A stretch of 64,000 nucleotides of DNA from Alphaproteobacteria bacterium (GCA_965198325.1 CBDAPE010000019.1:75284-139283), one strand, 5' to 3'; positions 30,387-40,712 are shown, counted from the stretch's first letter. Notes: a model not told the origin generated them from the letters alone. Translations and numbers: made by a program.

Positions 30387-31502
30387 CTAAGGGTCGACCG
30401 GCTTGTAAGCGCGGTGGCCGACGATCTGCAGGCCGAATCCCTCGAGCGCGATGACTGGCTTGGGCGAGCTGCTGAGTAGCTCCATCTCGTGGACGCCCAG
30501 GTCGCGCAGAATCTGCGCGCCAATGCCAACCTCGCGGAGCTCGCCCGGGCCCCTATCCGTTTCGCCGTTACGCAGGAGAATGCGTTCGGAGGGATAAGGA
30601 TCATACTCGAAGATGAGCACGGCGATGCCCCGGCCCTCCTCGCCGATGGCCGCCAGCGCCGCCTGAAAGTCGCCGTCACGATGTTCGAAGGTGTCCCAGA
30701 TAACATCGCTCAACAGGTTGACCGCATGGACCCGGACGAGTACCGGTTCCGGCGTCGTGACATCGCCCTTGACCAGGGCGATGTGCTCAGTCGCGTCGAC
30801 GTCGTTGCGGTAGACAATGGTGCGGAATTCGCCGCCGAAGCGCGAACGGATCGTCGTCTCCGCGGCACGCTTGATCGTCGGGTCGTGGCGCGCCCGATAG
30901 GCGATCAGATCGGCGATCGAACCCAATTTCAGCGCATGGTGCTGCGCGAAGGCGATGAGCTCCGGCAACCGCGCCATCGTGCCGTCGTCCTTCAAGATCT
31001 CGCAGATCACACCGGCCGGCGCAAGGCCGGCAAGCCGTGCGATATCGACCGCCGCCTCCGTATGGCCTGCCCGCGCGAGCACGCCGCCGGAACGGGCCTC
31101 GAGGGGAAACACATGGCCCGGCGTCGTAATGTCTTCGGCGGTCGAATTCGGATCGATGGCGGTGCGGATTGTCTGGGCCCGGTCGGGTGCGGAGATCCCC
31201 GTCGTCACCCCCTCCCTCGCCTCGATCGAGACCGTAAACGCGGTATCGAACTCCGATGCGTTATGAACCTTTTGTAGCGTCAAGCCCAGCTCGGAAACCC
31301 GCTCGCTCGTCAGGGTCAGGCAAATCAGGCCGCGGCCGTGCTTGGCCATGAAATTGATCACGTCGGGGGTCACCAACTGCGCCGGAATCACGAGGTCGCC
31401 TTCGTTCTCCCGGTTCTCGTCGTCGACGAGGATGATCATGCGGCCGTTGCGGGCCTCTTCGATGATCTCGTCCACGGTGGCGAGTGGGTAACTCTCCGAC
31501 AT
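30387..31502 (-). CDS. ribB: 3,4-dihydroxy-2-butanone-4-phosphate synthase fused to a degenerate GTP cyclohydrolase II domain
   Basis: [43 protein letters not shown]; C-terminal [11 protein letters not shown] lacks the GCH-II Zn cysteines. Confidence 0.88.
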   Translation of the reverse strand: MSESYPLATVDEIIEEARNGRMIILVDDENRENEGDLVIPAQLVTPDVINFMAKHGRGLICLTLTSERVSELGLTLQKVHNASEFDTAFTVSIEAREGVTTGISAPDRAQTIRTAIDPNSTAEDITTPGHVFPLEARSGGVLARAGHTEAAVDIARLAGLAPAGVICEILKDDGTMARLPELIAFAQHHALKLGSIADLIAYRARHDPTIKRAAETTIRSRFGGEFRTIVYRNDVDATEHIALVKGDVTTPEPVLVRVHAVNLLSDVIWDTFEHRDGDFQAALAAIGEEGRGIAVLIFEYDPYPSERILLRNGETDRGPGELREVGIGAQILRDLGVHEMELLSSSPKPVIALEGFGLQIVGHRAYKPVDP

Positions 31503-31546
31503 AATAATCCTTGTTCGTTGGACCCGAATAAGAGCCGACGCTCGCG

Positions 31547-32659
31547 TCAGCCCTGCCCCTCGGCGTCGCGCCGTCGCTGGGTCGCAGCCATCCCGAATTC
31601 GTCCGGCTTCTCCTCGCCGACTTCACGGTAATAGCGCTCGGGCACCTTGGTGGGGTCTTTATAGACGATCCAGGCGCATTTCGGGTTGGGATCGTCCGAC
31701 GGCCAGACCGGCGGCTCGATCACGCGGGCGGGATAGCCCAGCAGCTGGATCGGCTTACGCTGGCCGAGCTGGCAGCAATGGGTGCAATAGAGGCAGACAC
31801 CCTTGCGGTTCCAGCTCCAATCGTGCTCTTCCTCGGCGATCGCGTGATTGAACGGCGGCTCGACGCGCGCAGCCAGGCGCTGGTCCGGGTCGGGCCGCAT
31901 GGTGCGCCCGCCCGAGCCGCAGGGATCGAACTCGAAACGCCAGCGGTCCTCTTCCTCGACAACGCGGATATCACCCATCCGCCCAGGCCCGCTGAGATGC
32001 CCGCGCAGCGCGAACACTGCCATATGCATCATCTCATCCAGTGAGTCCGCCCACGGTCGCCTGTCGATATCGAAACGCCCGTAGGCCGGGTACATGGAGC
32101 CCATCAAATCGTCCCAGATGGCGATGGTGTGCTCCTCGCCGAGATGACGCGCGACGGCTGCAAACAGGCCGCAGACCCAATCGCATTTACGATCGTGGAA
32201 TTGGAGCCAGGTGACGCGTGCGGTTTCCAACAGGTCGAGCCCGTCTGACCCGCCACCCGCGCGACATAGTACGACGAAGCGGTCGATCAGGTCGCGATAG
32301 GCCTGCCAGCCGGCCTCCGGGTCGAACGGCGTGCCGTCGGGCATGTCGAGCAGCGCTCGGATCTGTCGAATTTCGTCCTCGACGACCGCGTCGTCGACCC
32401 CGTGAGCGCGCATGTATTCCGGGATCGACTCGATCCCCGCGCCGTAGACTTCGTGGCCCTCGACCGCCTCTTCCACCGTGTAGCGCGCGAGATCCGCCGC
32501 GTCCTCGAAACGGCTTTCCTCGAACGCCTGCGCAGCCAGGCGGAAGGTCGAAATGCCCTGCTCGTCCCAGCCGCCACGACGGACCAACCCGCCAAAGCCC
32601 TCGTGATGGACCAGCGGGCCGTCATCGCGCGCCTTCAGGGTCGGATCGACCTGGCTCAT
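31547..32659 (-). CDS. Hypothetical 370-aa protein with Cys/His-rich C-terminal domain
   Basis: Long ORF co-oriented and tightly packed between SDR and ribB; motifs DPCGSGG, YCTHCC, KCAW. Confidence 0.8.
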   Translation of the reverse strand: MSQVDPTLKARDDGPLVHHEGFGGLVRRGGWDEQGISTFRLAAQAFEESRFEDAADLARYTVEEAVEGHEVYGAGIESIPEYMRAHGVDDAVVEDEIRQIRALLDMPDGTPFDPEAGWQAYRDLIDRFVVLCRAGGGSDGLDLLETARVTWLQFHDRKCDWVCGLFAAVARHLGEEHTIAIWDDLMGSMYPAYGRFDIDRRPWADSLDEMMHMAVFALRGHLSGPGRMGDIRVVEEEDRWRFEFDPCGSGGRTMRPDPDQRLAARVEPPFNHAIAEEEHDWSWNRKGVCLYCTHCCQLGQRKPIQLLGYPARVIEPPVWPSDDPNPKCAWIVYKDPTKVPERYYREVGEEKPDEFGMAATQRRRDAEGQG

Positions 32660-32687
32660 CGTGCAAAAATCCGTTTGGGTGCTCGGG

Positions 32688-33482
32688 TCAGCATAGCTTG
32701 GCCATCAGGCCGCCATCGACCATCAATTCCGTGCCCGTGATAAACGACGCCTCGTCCGAGAGCAAGAACAGACAGGCGTTGGAAATATCCTTGGGCGTAC
32801 CGACCCGGTTGATCGGCGTGCGCTTCGCCATTTTCTCGATGCGCCCTTCCTGCTGGTAGATGGCGTCGGTCATCGGCGTCCAGATGGCGCCGGGGCAGAT
32901 GGAGTTGGAGCGGATGTTCTCGCGCCCGTGCGAGAGCGCGATTGCGCGGGAGAGCGAGATCACCCCGGCCTTCGAGATCTGATAGGCGTCGAGCGCACCG
33001 GCTTCCATAAGATTGTCGTGGGAGCGGGCGCCGGAAACACTGGCGATGTGAACCAGTGCGCCGCCGCCGCGTTCGCGCATATGGGGCACCGCGTGACGCG
33101 AAATCAACGCCGCCGCCTCGAGGTTGATCTTCATGGTCTTTTCCCAGACCGACCAGGGGAGATCGACCACTGAACCGTCATCGTCGTCGCTGCCTCCGAA
33201 AAAGGCAATGCCCGCGACGTTCGCGACGTAGTCCAACCCGCCCAGAAACTCGACCGCCCGGTCGCACAGACCATTCACAAACCCGTCGTCGGACAGGTCG
33301 CCCGGGATATAGAGCCGCCGATCGCCGAACCTTGCGAAGCCCTCGGGCTCGGGCTTGATATCGACCAGGGCAACTCTGACCCCGGCCTCGAGCAGATCGA
33401 GTCCGACCTGCTCGCCGATGCCGCCGCCAACACCGGTAACGATAGCGCATTTACCATCAAAATTCATTTCATTCTCTTCCAT
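32688..33482 (-). CDS. Short-chain dehydrogenase/reductase
   Basis: TGVGGGIG, NVAG, YQISK, RSNSICPG; start may be 33467. Confidence 0.92.
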   Translation of the reverse strand: MEENEMNFDGKCAIVTGVGGGIGEQVGLDLLEAGVRVALVDIKPEPEGFARFGDRRLYIPGDLSDDGFVNGLCDRAVEFLGGLDYVANVAGIAFFGGSDDDDGSVVDLPWSVWEKTMKINLEAAALISRHAVPHMRERGGGALVHIASVSGARSHDNLMEAGALDAYQISKAGVISLSRAIALSHGRENIRSNSICPGAIWTPMTDAIYQQEGRIEKMAKRTPINRVGTPKDISNACLFLLSDEASFITGTELMVDGGLMAKLC

Positions 33483-33519
33483 TGGGCGGTGACGATCGCG
33501 CCCGTTTCGTCATCGTTTG

Positions 33520-34950
33520 TTACGCCGACTGGAAATAGCGGTCGAGCTCCCATTCGGTGACCTTATCGCCCAGCTTGCGCTTGCCCCACGATTCGAGCTC
33601 GGCCTCAGTCTTGTAAAGTACGCGGTTGACCAAGTCGTCGCCGAGATAGCTGCGGGCGGTCTTCGACTTGCGCAGTGCCGTAGCTGAGCCCTTCAGGTTC
33701 GTTGATAGGGGCTTCCAGCGCGGGTCCTTGAGATCGGGCGTGCCCTCCTGGGGCTTCTTCGGCTTGAGCTTGTTCTCGATGCCGTAGAGCCCGCCCGCAA
33801 GCATCGCCGAGACCGAGAGGTAGGGATTGACGTCGGCGCCCGGCGTGCGGTTCTCGAAGCGGTAGGTCGAGGGCGACGTGCCCTTGATGAAGCGCATGGC
33901 GCAGCACTTGTTGTCGTAGCCCCAGGCGTTGCATTCGGGGGTCCAGTGGCTGACGTCGACCCGACGGTAGGCGTTCATGGTCGTGCGCATGAGCAAATGG
34001 AAGTCGGGCAAGGTTTCACAAATTCCCGCCACGAATTGTCCGCCGATTTTCGAAAGATCGCCCGTCTTGGGGTCGTAAAGGAGGGGCTTGCCGTTCTTCC
34101 ACAGGGAGACATGGTGATGACCGCCGCAGGCGTATTCGTCCGCGCGCGGCATCGTCATAAAGGTTATGATATAGCCGGCCTCGCCCATCATTTGCTTGAA
34201 GTAGAGCTTGGAGCGCATCGCTGCATCTGCGGCCTTGAGCGCCGACTGCGGACGCATGGCGTATTCCAGCGAACCCATACCGAGCTCGGTGTGAAACACC
34301 TCGACCGGCAGTCCGATCCCTTCCATCCGCCGCATGAACTCCTCAGCGTAAGGGAAGTAACTCGGATTCTTGTGGAATGACCAGAAATCGGGTATCGCGC
34401 CCAGCGGCTCCAGCTCGTCGTAACGCTTCTCGCGGAGCAATTGCTCGTCGATCTTGTAAGCGTAGACCTCATACTCGACGCCCATGCGCACCTCGATGCC
34501 GAGCTTGTCGTAGCGTTTGACGAGGCTCTTCAGCACGTTACGTGGGCAGTACATGTTGGGCGTACCGTCCTCGTAATAGGCGTCGCAAATCACCGACGTT
34601 CTCTGGGGCTGCCACGGCCACTGGCACAGGGTGTCGAGATCGGGAATCGCATAGACGTTGGGAAAGCCATCTTCGAAATTGGCGTAATCGGGCGCAACAA
34701 ACACATCGGGGCCGTAGGTCACGGCGAAATAGACGTTGGAGAAACCAACGCCGGCGGGTGAAAGCCGATCGATCTGGGTCATTTTGCCCTGAGGCAGGCC
34801 CTGATAGTTGATGATCTCGTAATACGTAAACTCGGCGCCCTTGGCCTTCAACTTTCGGATGGCGTCACGATGCTTCCGCTTCGCGGCCGCCATCTTCGCC
34901 GGGGCGAAGATTCCGCCCGGTTTGCCGACCTGTACCCGCCTTTGTGCCAT
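33520..34950 (-). CDS. Glutamine-synthetase-like ligase (second, intact)
   Basis: MGVEYEV, HTELGMGSLE, CGGHHHVSLW, DNKCCAMR, RFENRTPGADVNPY, VTEWELDRYF. Confidence 0.88.
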   Translation of the reverse strand: MAQRRVQVGKPGGIFAPAKMAAAKRKHRDAIRKLKAKGAEFTYYEIINYQGLPQGKMTQIDRLSPAGVGFSNVYFAVTYGPDVFVAPDYANFEDGFPNVYAIPDLDTLCQWPWQPQRTSVICDAYYEDGTPNMYCPRNVLKSLVKRYDKLGIEVRMGVEYEVYAYKIDEQLLREKRYDELEPLGAIPDFWSFHKNPSYFPYAEEFMRRMEGIGLPVEVFHTELGMGSLEYAMRPQSALKAADAAMRSKLYFKQMMGEAGYIITFMTMPRADEYACGGHHHVSLWKNGKPLLYDPKTGDLSKIGGQFVAGICETLPDFHLLMRTTMNAYRRVDVSHWTPECNAWGYDNKCCAMRFIKGTSPSTYRFENRTPGADVNPYLSVSAMLAGGLYGIENKLKPKKPQEGTPDLKDPRWKPLSTNLKGSATALRKSKTARSYLGDDLVNRVLYKTEAELESWGKRKLGDKVTEWELDRYFQSA

Positions 34951-35125
34951 TTCTATTTTTCCCTTCCCCGCGATTTATCGCGGGTTTTCGCTTGATGCCG
35001 TGCCAGTCCATCCCGGCGATTGCAAAGTCTTGTGACGCTCTAAGGTTCAACTCTAGAACGGCATCACGCGAGTCTCTTGAATTTGACGGATCGGGTTAAC
35101 CCGATGAATTGCCCATAGGTTGGAC

Positions 35126-35144
35126 CATTGAATGGCATTCAATG
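35126..35144. promoter_or_regulatory. Perfect 19-bp palindrome CATTGAATG-G-CATTCAATG, candidate operator
   Basis: 9-bp arms with 1-nt spacer, about 175 bp upstream of the GS-like operon start. Confidence 0.4.
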
Positions 35145-35161
35145 CGCCGTTGGCCGGCAAG

Positions 35162-36033
35162 TCAAGGCTCCGAGCCCGAAAGATGCTCGGAATATCAATC
35201 GCTTGCCGCGTTGGCCGCCGCGTCGAGATGGCTCGAATAGACATCGAAATGGCCGCAATCGACTTCGACCAGGCGTTTTGGCTCGCCCGCCCGTGAGAAC
35301 ACCTGTTTCTGGTCGTCCACCGGCGTGACCACGTCCTGCTTTGCGACGATCATCAGCAGGGGCGTGGGTGCAATGCGGTCAATAAATACGTCGGGTTCGT
35401 ACTCGAAAATCAGTTTCCGGCTGCGCAAGGTCAACGCGTTGACGAATGCACCCGTTGGATCGGTCGCCGCGACCCACATTGCCTCGACCGAATCCGGTTC
35501 CGCGACGGAGGTCATCACCGGTGGCTCGCTCCGTGCCCGGGCTTCACGATCGGCGAGGCAGTCTGCGCGGAGCGCGTCGAGTTCCGCCGGCGAGAGCCAG
35601 CTCTGCAGTGTGCGATAGCCCGAGATCAGGGGTGCCTGGGCAACCACGCATTTGACCCGCCGGTCGATTGCCCCCACGACGATGGCGTGACCGCCCGAAT
35701 AGCTTGTTCCCCAGAGGCCGATCCGCTCGGGATCGGTTCCGGGCACGGTTCGCGCAAAGGTGATGGCATCGCGCATGTCGTGAACCTGCTGCCAGGGATC
35801 GGCTTCCTGACGAGGTTCGCCCTGACTCCGTCCGAAATTGCGCTGGTCATAGAGCAGGGCGGCCAAGCCCGCCTCGGCAAAGCGCTCGGCAAAGGCATCG
35901 AGGTTCATGTCGATGACCTGGGTAAGACCCGGCGACATGACGATCAGCGGCGGCGCTCCTTGTCGTCAGGTGGCCGGAAAAGCCGGCCCGCCAGGGTCCC
36001 ACCCTCGACCATGAACTCGATATTGCAAGCCAT
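35162..36033 (-). pseudogene. Alpha/beta hydrolase with a frameshift near 35960 and premature TGA at 35195-35197
   Basis: MACNIEFMVEGGTLAGRLFRPPDD then frame switch to APPLIVMSPG; GLWGTSYSGG nucleophile; C-terminus ASD*YSEHL. Confidence 0.72.
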
Positions 36034-36183
36034 GACGGCCTCTTCCCCTGCCTTGATCTCCAACCCGCCGAATGTCGGCCCCTTGTGAGTTCCGACAGCC
36101 CGTGAATTATCGTTTATTATGGCGCAACCGTCGGCGCACGACGAAGAAGAGGTTCATCCACGGCGACGAGCAGAGGCGACCAG

Positions 36184-36945
36184 GTGACCGAATTCACGCC
36201 GATCATTGCGAGTGCAACCTACGAGATCGTCGCCGATAACATCCGGCGCGCGATTATGCTGGGCCGTTTCGTACCCGGCGAAAAGCTGCCGCGCGAGCGG
36301 GAGCTTGCGCGCCAACTCAACGTCTCCCGCGCAACCCTGCGCGAAGCGATCCGCATCCTCGTCGCCGAGGACCTTGTCGAAATCAAACGCGGTGCGACCG
36401 GCGGCAGCCTCGTTCGCGAACAGGAAATCAGTCCGGAAGAATACCGCCGGCTGCACGGCGAGCAGGAAGACACAATCGAGAACGTCTGCGCATATCGGCT
36501 CGCGATCGAGGCCGCAAGCGCCCGACAGGCGGCCATGCGGCGGACGGAAACGGATCTCCAGGGCCTCTATACGCTGGTCAAGCGGATGAACGGTCTGACC
36601 GCGACGGCCGCGAGCCGTAACGACCGGGCCAATCTGCCGTTGTTCATGTCAGCCGATGCCTCGTTTCACATCGGCATTGCCCAGGCATCCAAGAATCCAT
36701 TCTTCGTGCCAGCGGTGGAGGAAATTCGGATCGCCATGTGGATGCCCGTCGCAGCGCTGTTCACCCATATCGAGAGTGACGCGAACGATCATCACGAGAC
36801 GATCTACCAGGCGATCGAAAGCCAGGACGCGGAAACGGCAGTACGCGAAATGGTTTCCCATGTGGAAATGCAGCGCGATCAGACGCGGCGCTGCATGTTC
36901 GATGCGTACAGCGAAGCCCCGGATCGGGTCTCGGGACTCAAGTAA
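36184..36945 (+). CDS. GntR/FadR family regulator
   Basis: PGEKLPRERELARQLNVSRATLREAI, FCD domain DASFHIGIA. Confidence 0.93.
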   Translation: MTEFTPIIASATYEIVADNIRRAIMLGRFVPGEKLPRERELARQLNVSRATLREAIRILVAEDLVEIKRGATGGSLVREQEISPEEYRRLHGEQEDTIENVCAYRLAIEAASARQAAMRRTETDLQGLYTLVKRMNGLTATAASRNDRANLPLFMSADASFHIGIAQASKNPFFVPAVEEIRIAMWMPVAALFTHIESDANDHHETIYQAIESQDAETAVREMVSHVEMQRDQTRRCMFDAYSEAPDRVSGLK

Positions 36946-36952
36946 CCGATCA

Positions 36953-37747
36953 TCAGGCGCCAACCGCTGGCAAAGCGGTTAGCCCGCCATCGACGATGAT
37001 TTCCGTGCCAGTGACGTAATTTGCGAGATCCGAGAGCAGGAAGAGGCAAACATTGGCGATATCTTCGGGCGTGGCGATACGCTTGAGGGGCACCAGCTGC
37101 GACGCCTTCTCCTTCTGCCCGACCTCGGCCAACCAGCGAAAATCGTTCATTGGCGTGTCGACGTAGCCGGGCAGCACGGCGTTCGAGCGAATGTTTTCGT
37201 CCGCCAGCTGGATCGCGAGCGATTTCGAGAGAGCGACGATACCCGCCTTCGAGACGGCGTAACCGTCCTGTGGTTGAAGATCGCCCCGCAGGCCCTGGAT
37301 CGACGAAAAATGGACCATCGCGCCGCACCCGGTCTTGCGAATCCACGGCGCAGCGGCGCGTGCCGTATTGGCCATGCCCGTGAGGTTGGTTTGAAGGACT
37401 TCTCGCCAACCCTCCATGTCGCCCTCGAGAACCGAGCCATCCCGATCCCAGATGTTGGCCCCGTGAACATTGGCAAGTCCATCGAGCCGCCCGACCCGGT
37501 CATGGGCGCTTCCCATGACCTGCGCGACGCGCGCTTCGTCGGTGACGTCAAGCTGCACAATGGCGACGTGGCCGGGTCCTCCCCTGAGCGCTTCCGGCCG
37601 GGTTGCCCTGAAGATCGCGGTGACGTCGGCGCCATGCGCAAGCAGGCCCTGGGCGACAGCGAAGCCGATGCCCCGGCCCGCGCCGGTCACGACGAAATGT
37701 CGCCCGGCAAAGCCTGCGGCTTTGCCAAATGCCGCGATGTCGCTCAC
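36953..37747 (-). CDS. Short-chain dehydrogenase/reductase
   Basis: TGAGRGIG, YAVSK, RSNAVLPG. Confidence 0.9.
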   Translation of the reverse strand: MSDIAAFGKAAGFAGRHFVVTGAGRGIGFAVAQGLLAHGADVTAIFRATRPEALRGGPGHVAIVQLDVTDEARVAQVMGSAHDRVGRLDGLANVHGANIWDRDGSVLEGDMEGWREVLQTNLTGMANTARAAAPWIRKTGCGAMVHFSSIQGLRGDLQPQDGYAVSKAGIVALSKSLAIQLADENIRSNAVLPGYVDTPMNDFRWLAEVGQKEKASQLVPLKRIATPEDIANVCLFLLSDLANYVTGTEIIVDGGLTALPAVGA

Positions 37748-37748
37748 C

Positions 37749-38681
37749 TCAGGCGCCCAGGCCGTGTTTGACCGCCTCGCCGCAGGCGGCAGTGGCCTCG
37801 TCTGCTTCGTCGAGGATCGTTCGCAGCAGGGTAAAGCCGTGGATCATGTCCTCGTAGCAGCGATATTCCACGTCCACGCCCGCCTCCTTCAGCCGATCGG
37901 CATAGGCCATGCCCTCGTCGCGCAAGGGGTCGAAGCCCGCGGTAATCACGTAAGCCGGCGGCAGGTTCGAATGATCGTGCGCGCGCAGGGGCGAAGCCAG
38001 AGGGTTGGCAATATCGTCTTCCGATCGCAGGTAGCTCGCGACATAGAAAGGCATGGAATCGAGCCAGTAGCCCTTGGAAAAGGCACGCGCTGAGTCGGTG
38101 TCCGCCTTCATGTCGGTGTTGGGGTAGATCAACAGCTGAAACTTGATCGGCGGCCCGCCTGCGTCCCGGGCCATCAGGGTCACCGCACAAGCCATGTTAC
38201 CACCGGCGCTGTCGCCACCAACTGCGAGTCGTGCCGGATCGGCACCGACGTCGGCAGCGTTTTCCGAGAGCCACGTGGTGGTGGCATAACAGTCCTCGAC
38301 CGCATCGGGAAACTTGCTTTCCGGCGCCAGACGATAGTCCACGGACGCGACCAGACAGTCCGAGCCATTGGCCATGATCCGGCAACCGGAATCGTGAGTC
38401 TCGATATTGCCGCGGATGTAGCCGCCGCCATGGAAGTAGACCAGAATCGGTCGGGGTTCGTCGGACCAACCCGGCTCGTAAAGCCGGACGGTAATCGGTC
38501 CACCCGGCCCCGGCACCTCGATATCACGGACGCCGTGTATTACCGGTTTTTCGCCGTCGACCGACCCAAGAGCGGAATCGAATTCCGCCCGCGCATCGTC
38601 GGGCGTCATGTCCTCGACGGGTGTCTCGTTCGGATCGGCGGGTGCGTCGAGCAGCGCCCTCAGTTTCGGGTGGGGTTCCAT
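37749..38681 (-). CDS. HSL-family alpha/beta esterase/lipase
   Basis: YFHGGGY, DYRLAPE, GGDSAGG, DPLRDEG, HGF. Confidence 0.93.
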   Translation of the reverse strand: MEPHPKLRALLDAPADPNETPVEDMTPDDARAEFDSALGSVDGEKPVIHGVRDIEVPGPGGPITVRLYEPGWSDEPRPILVYFHGGGYIRGNIETHDSGCRIMANGSDCLVASVDYRLAPESKFPDAVEDCYATTTWLSENAADVGADPARLAVGGDSAGGNMACAVTLMARDAGGPPIKFQLLIYPNTDMKADTDSARAFSKGYWLDSMPFYVASYLRSEDDIANPLASPLRAHDHSNLPPAYVITAGFDPLRDEGMAYADRLKEAGVDVEYRCYEDMIHGFTLLRTILDEADEATAACGEAVKHGLGA

Positions 38682-38838
38682 GATCGCCTCGATGACCGTT
38701 CGGTTGTCCTTGAGCCTCGCTCGTTATCAGGTCGGTGCCAGGCGGGTCAAGACCGCCGGCCCCGACAGCGACGCGGCGGCGCCCGAATGAACCCCGCCGC
38801 ATCTTTCGTTCGGTACCGCCCGGACTACCGAGGGCGTT

Positions 38839-39954
38839 TTAGGATGCGAGTTTGAGCCCCACTTCGACGTTGCCGGAGAAGGCCGGCATGACCTCCTCGG
38901 CGAAGCGCTTGCACCAGCGCCGGCGCGGCTCGTTGGGTACGCCGGGTGTCGCGGTGTGGATTAGAAATGTGTCGAAGCCCGCATCGATATAGGCCTGCAC
39001 CCGGTCAATCACGGTATCGGCGGAGCCGACGAACTGAAACTGGCTCCAGGCCGGCATGGCCTCCGGGTTGCAGCGATCCTTCATGCCCGCGAAAATCCTG
39101 CTCCAGGCCTTGTAGGTCTTGAGATATTGCCAGTTGTCCTTGTCGCCCTCGTAATGATCGACCTGGGCCTGCATAAAGGGCGGAATCCACTGCTTGGCCT
39201 CCTCGACGGCCTCCTCGTCCGTGTCCGCGACGATGCAGTTGACCATGATCGGGATGCGGAAACGGCTGGTGTCGAGACCGATACTCCGGGCCTGATCACG
39301 CCAGTTGCGAATCGTCGTGGCCTGATATTCGAAGTCGCCAATCGTCGTACACATCGGCGGCAGGCCCATATCGGCCATGCGCACCGCCGTACCCGGACTG
39401 CCGATCGCACCGTACAGGTGGATACTGTCGCGCCGGCCGGGCTCGAGGACCGGCCTCGGCAAAACCGCCTTGGGCACCTTTATGAATTCGCCATCATAGG
39501 TGAATGTCTCGCCGCTCATACCGAGTTTGACGACGTCCCAGATCTCGCGAAAGCGGATTTGGGCCTCGTCCATATCGATGCCGAACGCGTCGTATTCCGC
39601 TTTCGCGACTCCGCGGCCCATTCCGATATGAAGGGGTTGATCGGTCAGGCTGGCTAACTGATTGACGTCTTCGGCAAAGCGGAGCGCGTTATGCCAGGGC
39701 GTCACCACGACACAGGTACCGAGCCCCACCTCCGGATAGCGTGCCGCCAGGTGCATCAGCATGCCCATGGGGTTGGGTGTCGGGAAATAATCGCTGAAAT
39801 GATGCTCAATCATCCAGATCGTGCTGTAGCCCAGCGGCAGATTATGTTCGCAATCGCCCATCAGGCCCCGGTAGCCTTCCGCGTCGGTTATCCCCGGCGC
39901 GCCCACGGCCGTCGCGACAAAACCGAATTCGATTTTTGTGCTGTGGGTCATCAT
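38839..39954 (-). CDS. Luciferase-like (LLM class) flavin-dependent monooxygenase
   Basis: WMIEHHFS, GLGTCVVVTPWHNALRFAED, IGMGRG; start trimmed to ATG 39954. Confidence 0.88.
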   Translation of the reverse strand: MMTHSTKIEFGFVATAVGAPGITDAEGYRGLMGDCEHNLPLGYSTIWMIEHHFSDYFPTPNPMGMLMHLAARYPEVGLGTCVVVTPWHNALRFAEDVNQLASLTDQPLHIGMGRGVAKAEYDAFGIDMDEAQIRFREIWDVVKLGMSGETFTYDGEFIKVPKAVLPRPVLEPGRRDSIHLYGAIGSPGTAVRMADMGLPPMCTTIGDFEYQATTIRNWRDQARSIGLDTSRFRIPIMVNCIVADTDEEAVEEAKQWIPPFMQAQVDHYEGDKDNWQYLKTYKAWSRIFAGMKDRCNPEAMPAWSQFQFVGSADTVIDRVQAYIDAGFDTFLIHTATPGVPNEPRRRWCKRFAEEVMPAFSGNVEVGLKLAS

Positions 39955-40265
39955 CTTCCCCATTCCTGACGAAAGCTTGCCGGCTTGGCCAGAACAATCC
40001 CTGCACGGCTGCCGACCTTTCTTACATCCGATTTCGGCAGGAAATACCCACACTTACCGGTTAAGGCATGAAAGGTCTACGCAATGATCCTTTGAAGGAT
40101 TATAGGGACGCCGGCTGCGGCCCACAAGATCATTCGAAACGAGTCGTGCGGGTTTTTCTCTATGCAGGAATGTGTCACATAGGGTCGCGACAGAGCAGGC
40201 CTTCCTCGCTATAGTCTCGGCTCAATCATCGGTCGGTGCATTCGGCCTCCTATGTACGATGGACC

Positions 40266-40712
40266 ATGACGGAAAAGAACGCCAAGGGCGAGCTCGCCGC
40301 ACGGATTAAGGATGTCCGCAAAAGCCTGGGCATGACCCAGGCCAACTTTGCCGGATTCCTGGGTGTCACGCAGGGCCTGGTTTCCCGCTGGGAAAAGAGT
40401 CTGATCGAGCCCCGGCCCGAGATCATCGCCCGACTCGCCGAAGTCGCCGGCATCACGCCCGGCGAATTCCACTACGGCTTCGACCCCAATGCATCGTCGG
40501 GCCGCTCGCGCGCCCAAGCTCCCGACATGACGGGCGTCGCCGGCAAACGTCTCACCGACGCGATTCGCGAGGCGATCCGCCGAGCCAAGGCGGGCCGCAA
40601 TCGAGAGGTTGCGGTAGCGCTCACGCTTATCCTCGAAAAGTGTGAGACCGACCGCGAACGCTTCCTTGCGGCCCAGCGGGAACAGTCGGCGGAGACGGAC
40701 GAGGGCGGCTGA
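40266..40712 (+). CDS. XRE family HTH regulator
   Basis: RIKDVRKSLGMTQANFAGFLGVTQGLVSRWE. Confidence 0.85.
   Translation: MTEKNAKGELAARIKDVRKSLGMTQANFAGFLGVTQGLVSRWEKSLIEPRPEIIARLAEVAGITPGEFHYGFDPNASSGRSRAQAPDMTGVAGKRLTDAIREAIRRAKAGRNREVAVALTLILEKCETDRERFLAAQREQSAETDEGG

Noticed and set aside
34990-35010. Sigma54 promoter upstream of GS-like gene (minus-strand TGGCACG)
   Set aside because: The GC falls one base off the strict -24/-12 spacing and TTGC is absent.
27538-35197. UGA=Trp, selenocysteine or pyrrolysine recoding
   Set aside because: TGA and TAG terminate many intact genes here (including ATGA overlaps), Trp is otherwise TGG, and no recoding machinery is in the window.
29745-39954. 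Bioluminescence (lux-like) locus suggested by LLM + flavin reductase + ribB
   Set aside because: Only one LLM gene, no luxCDE-type fatty acid reductase genes; context is catabolic.
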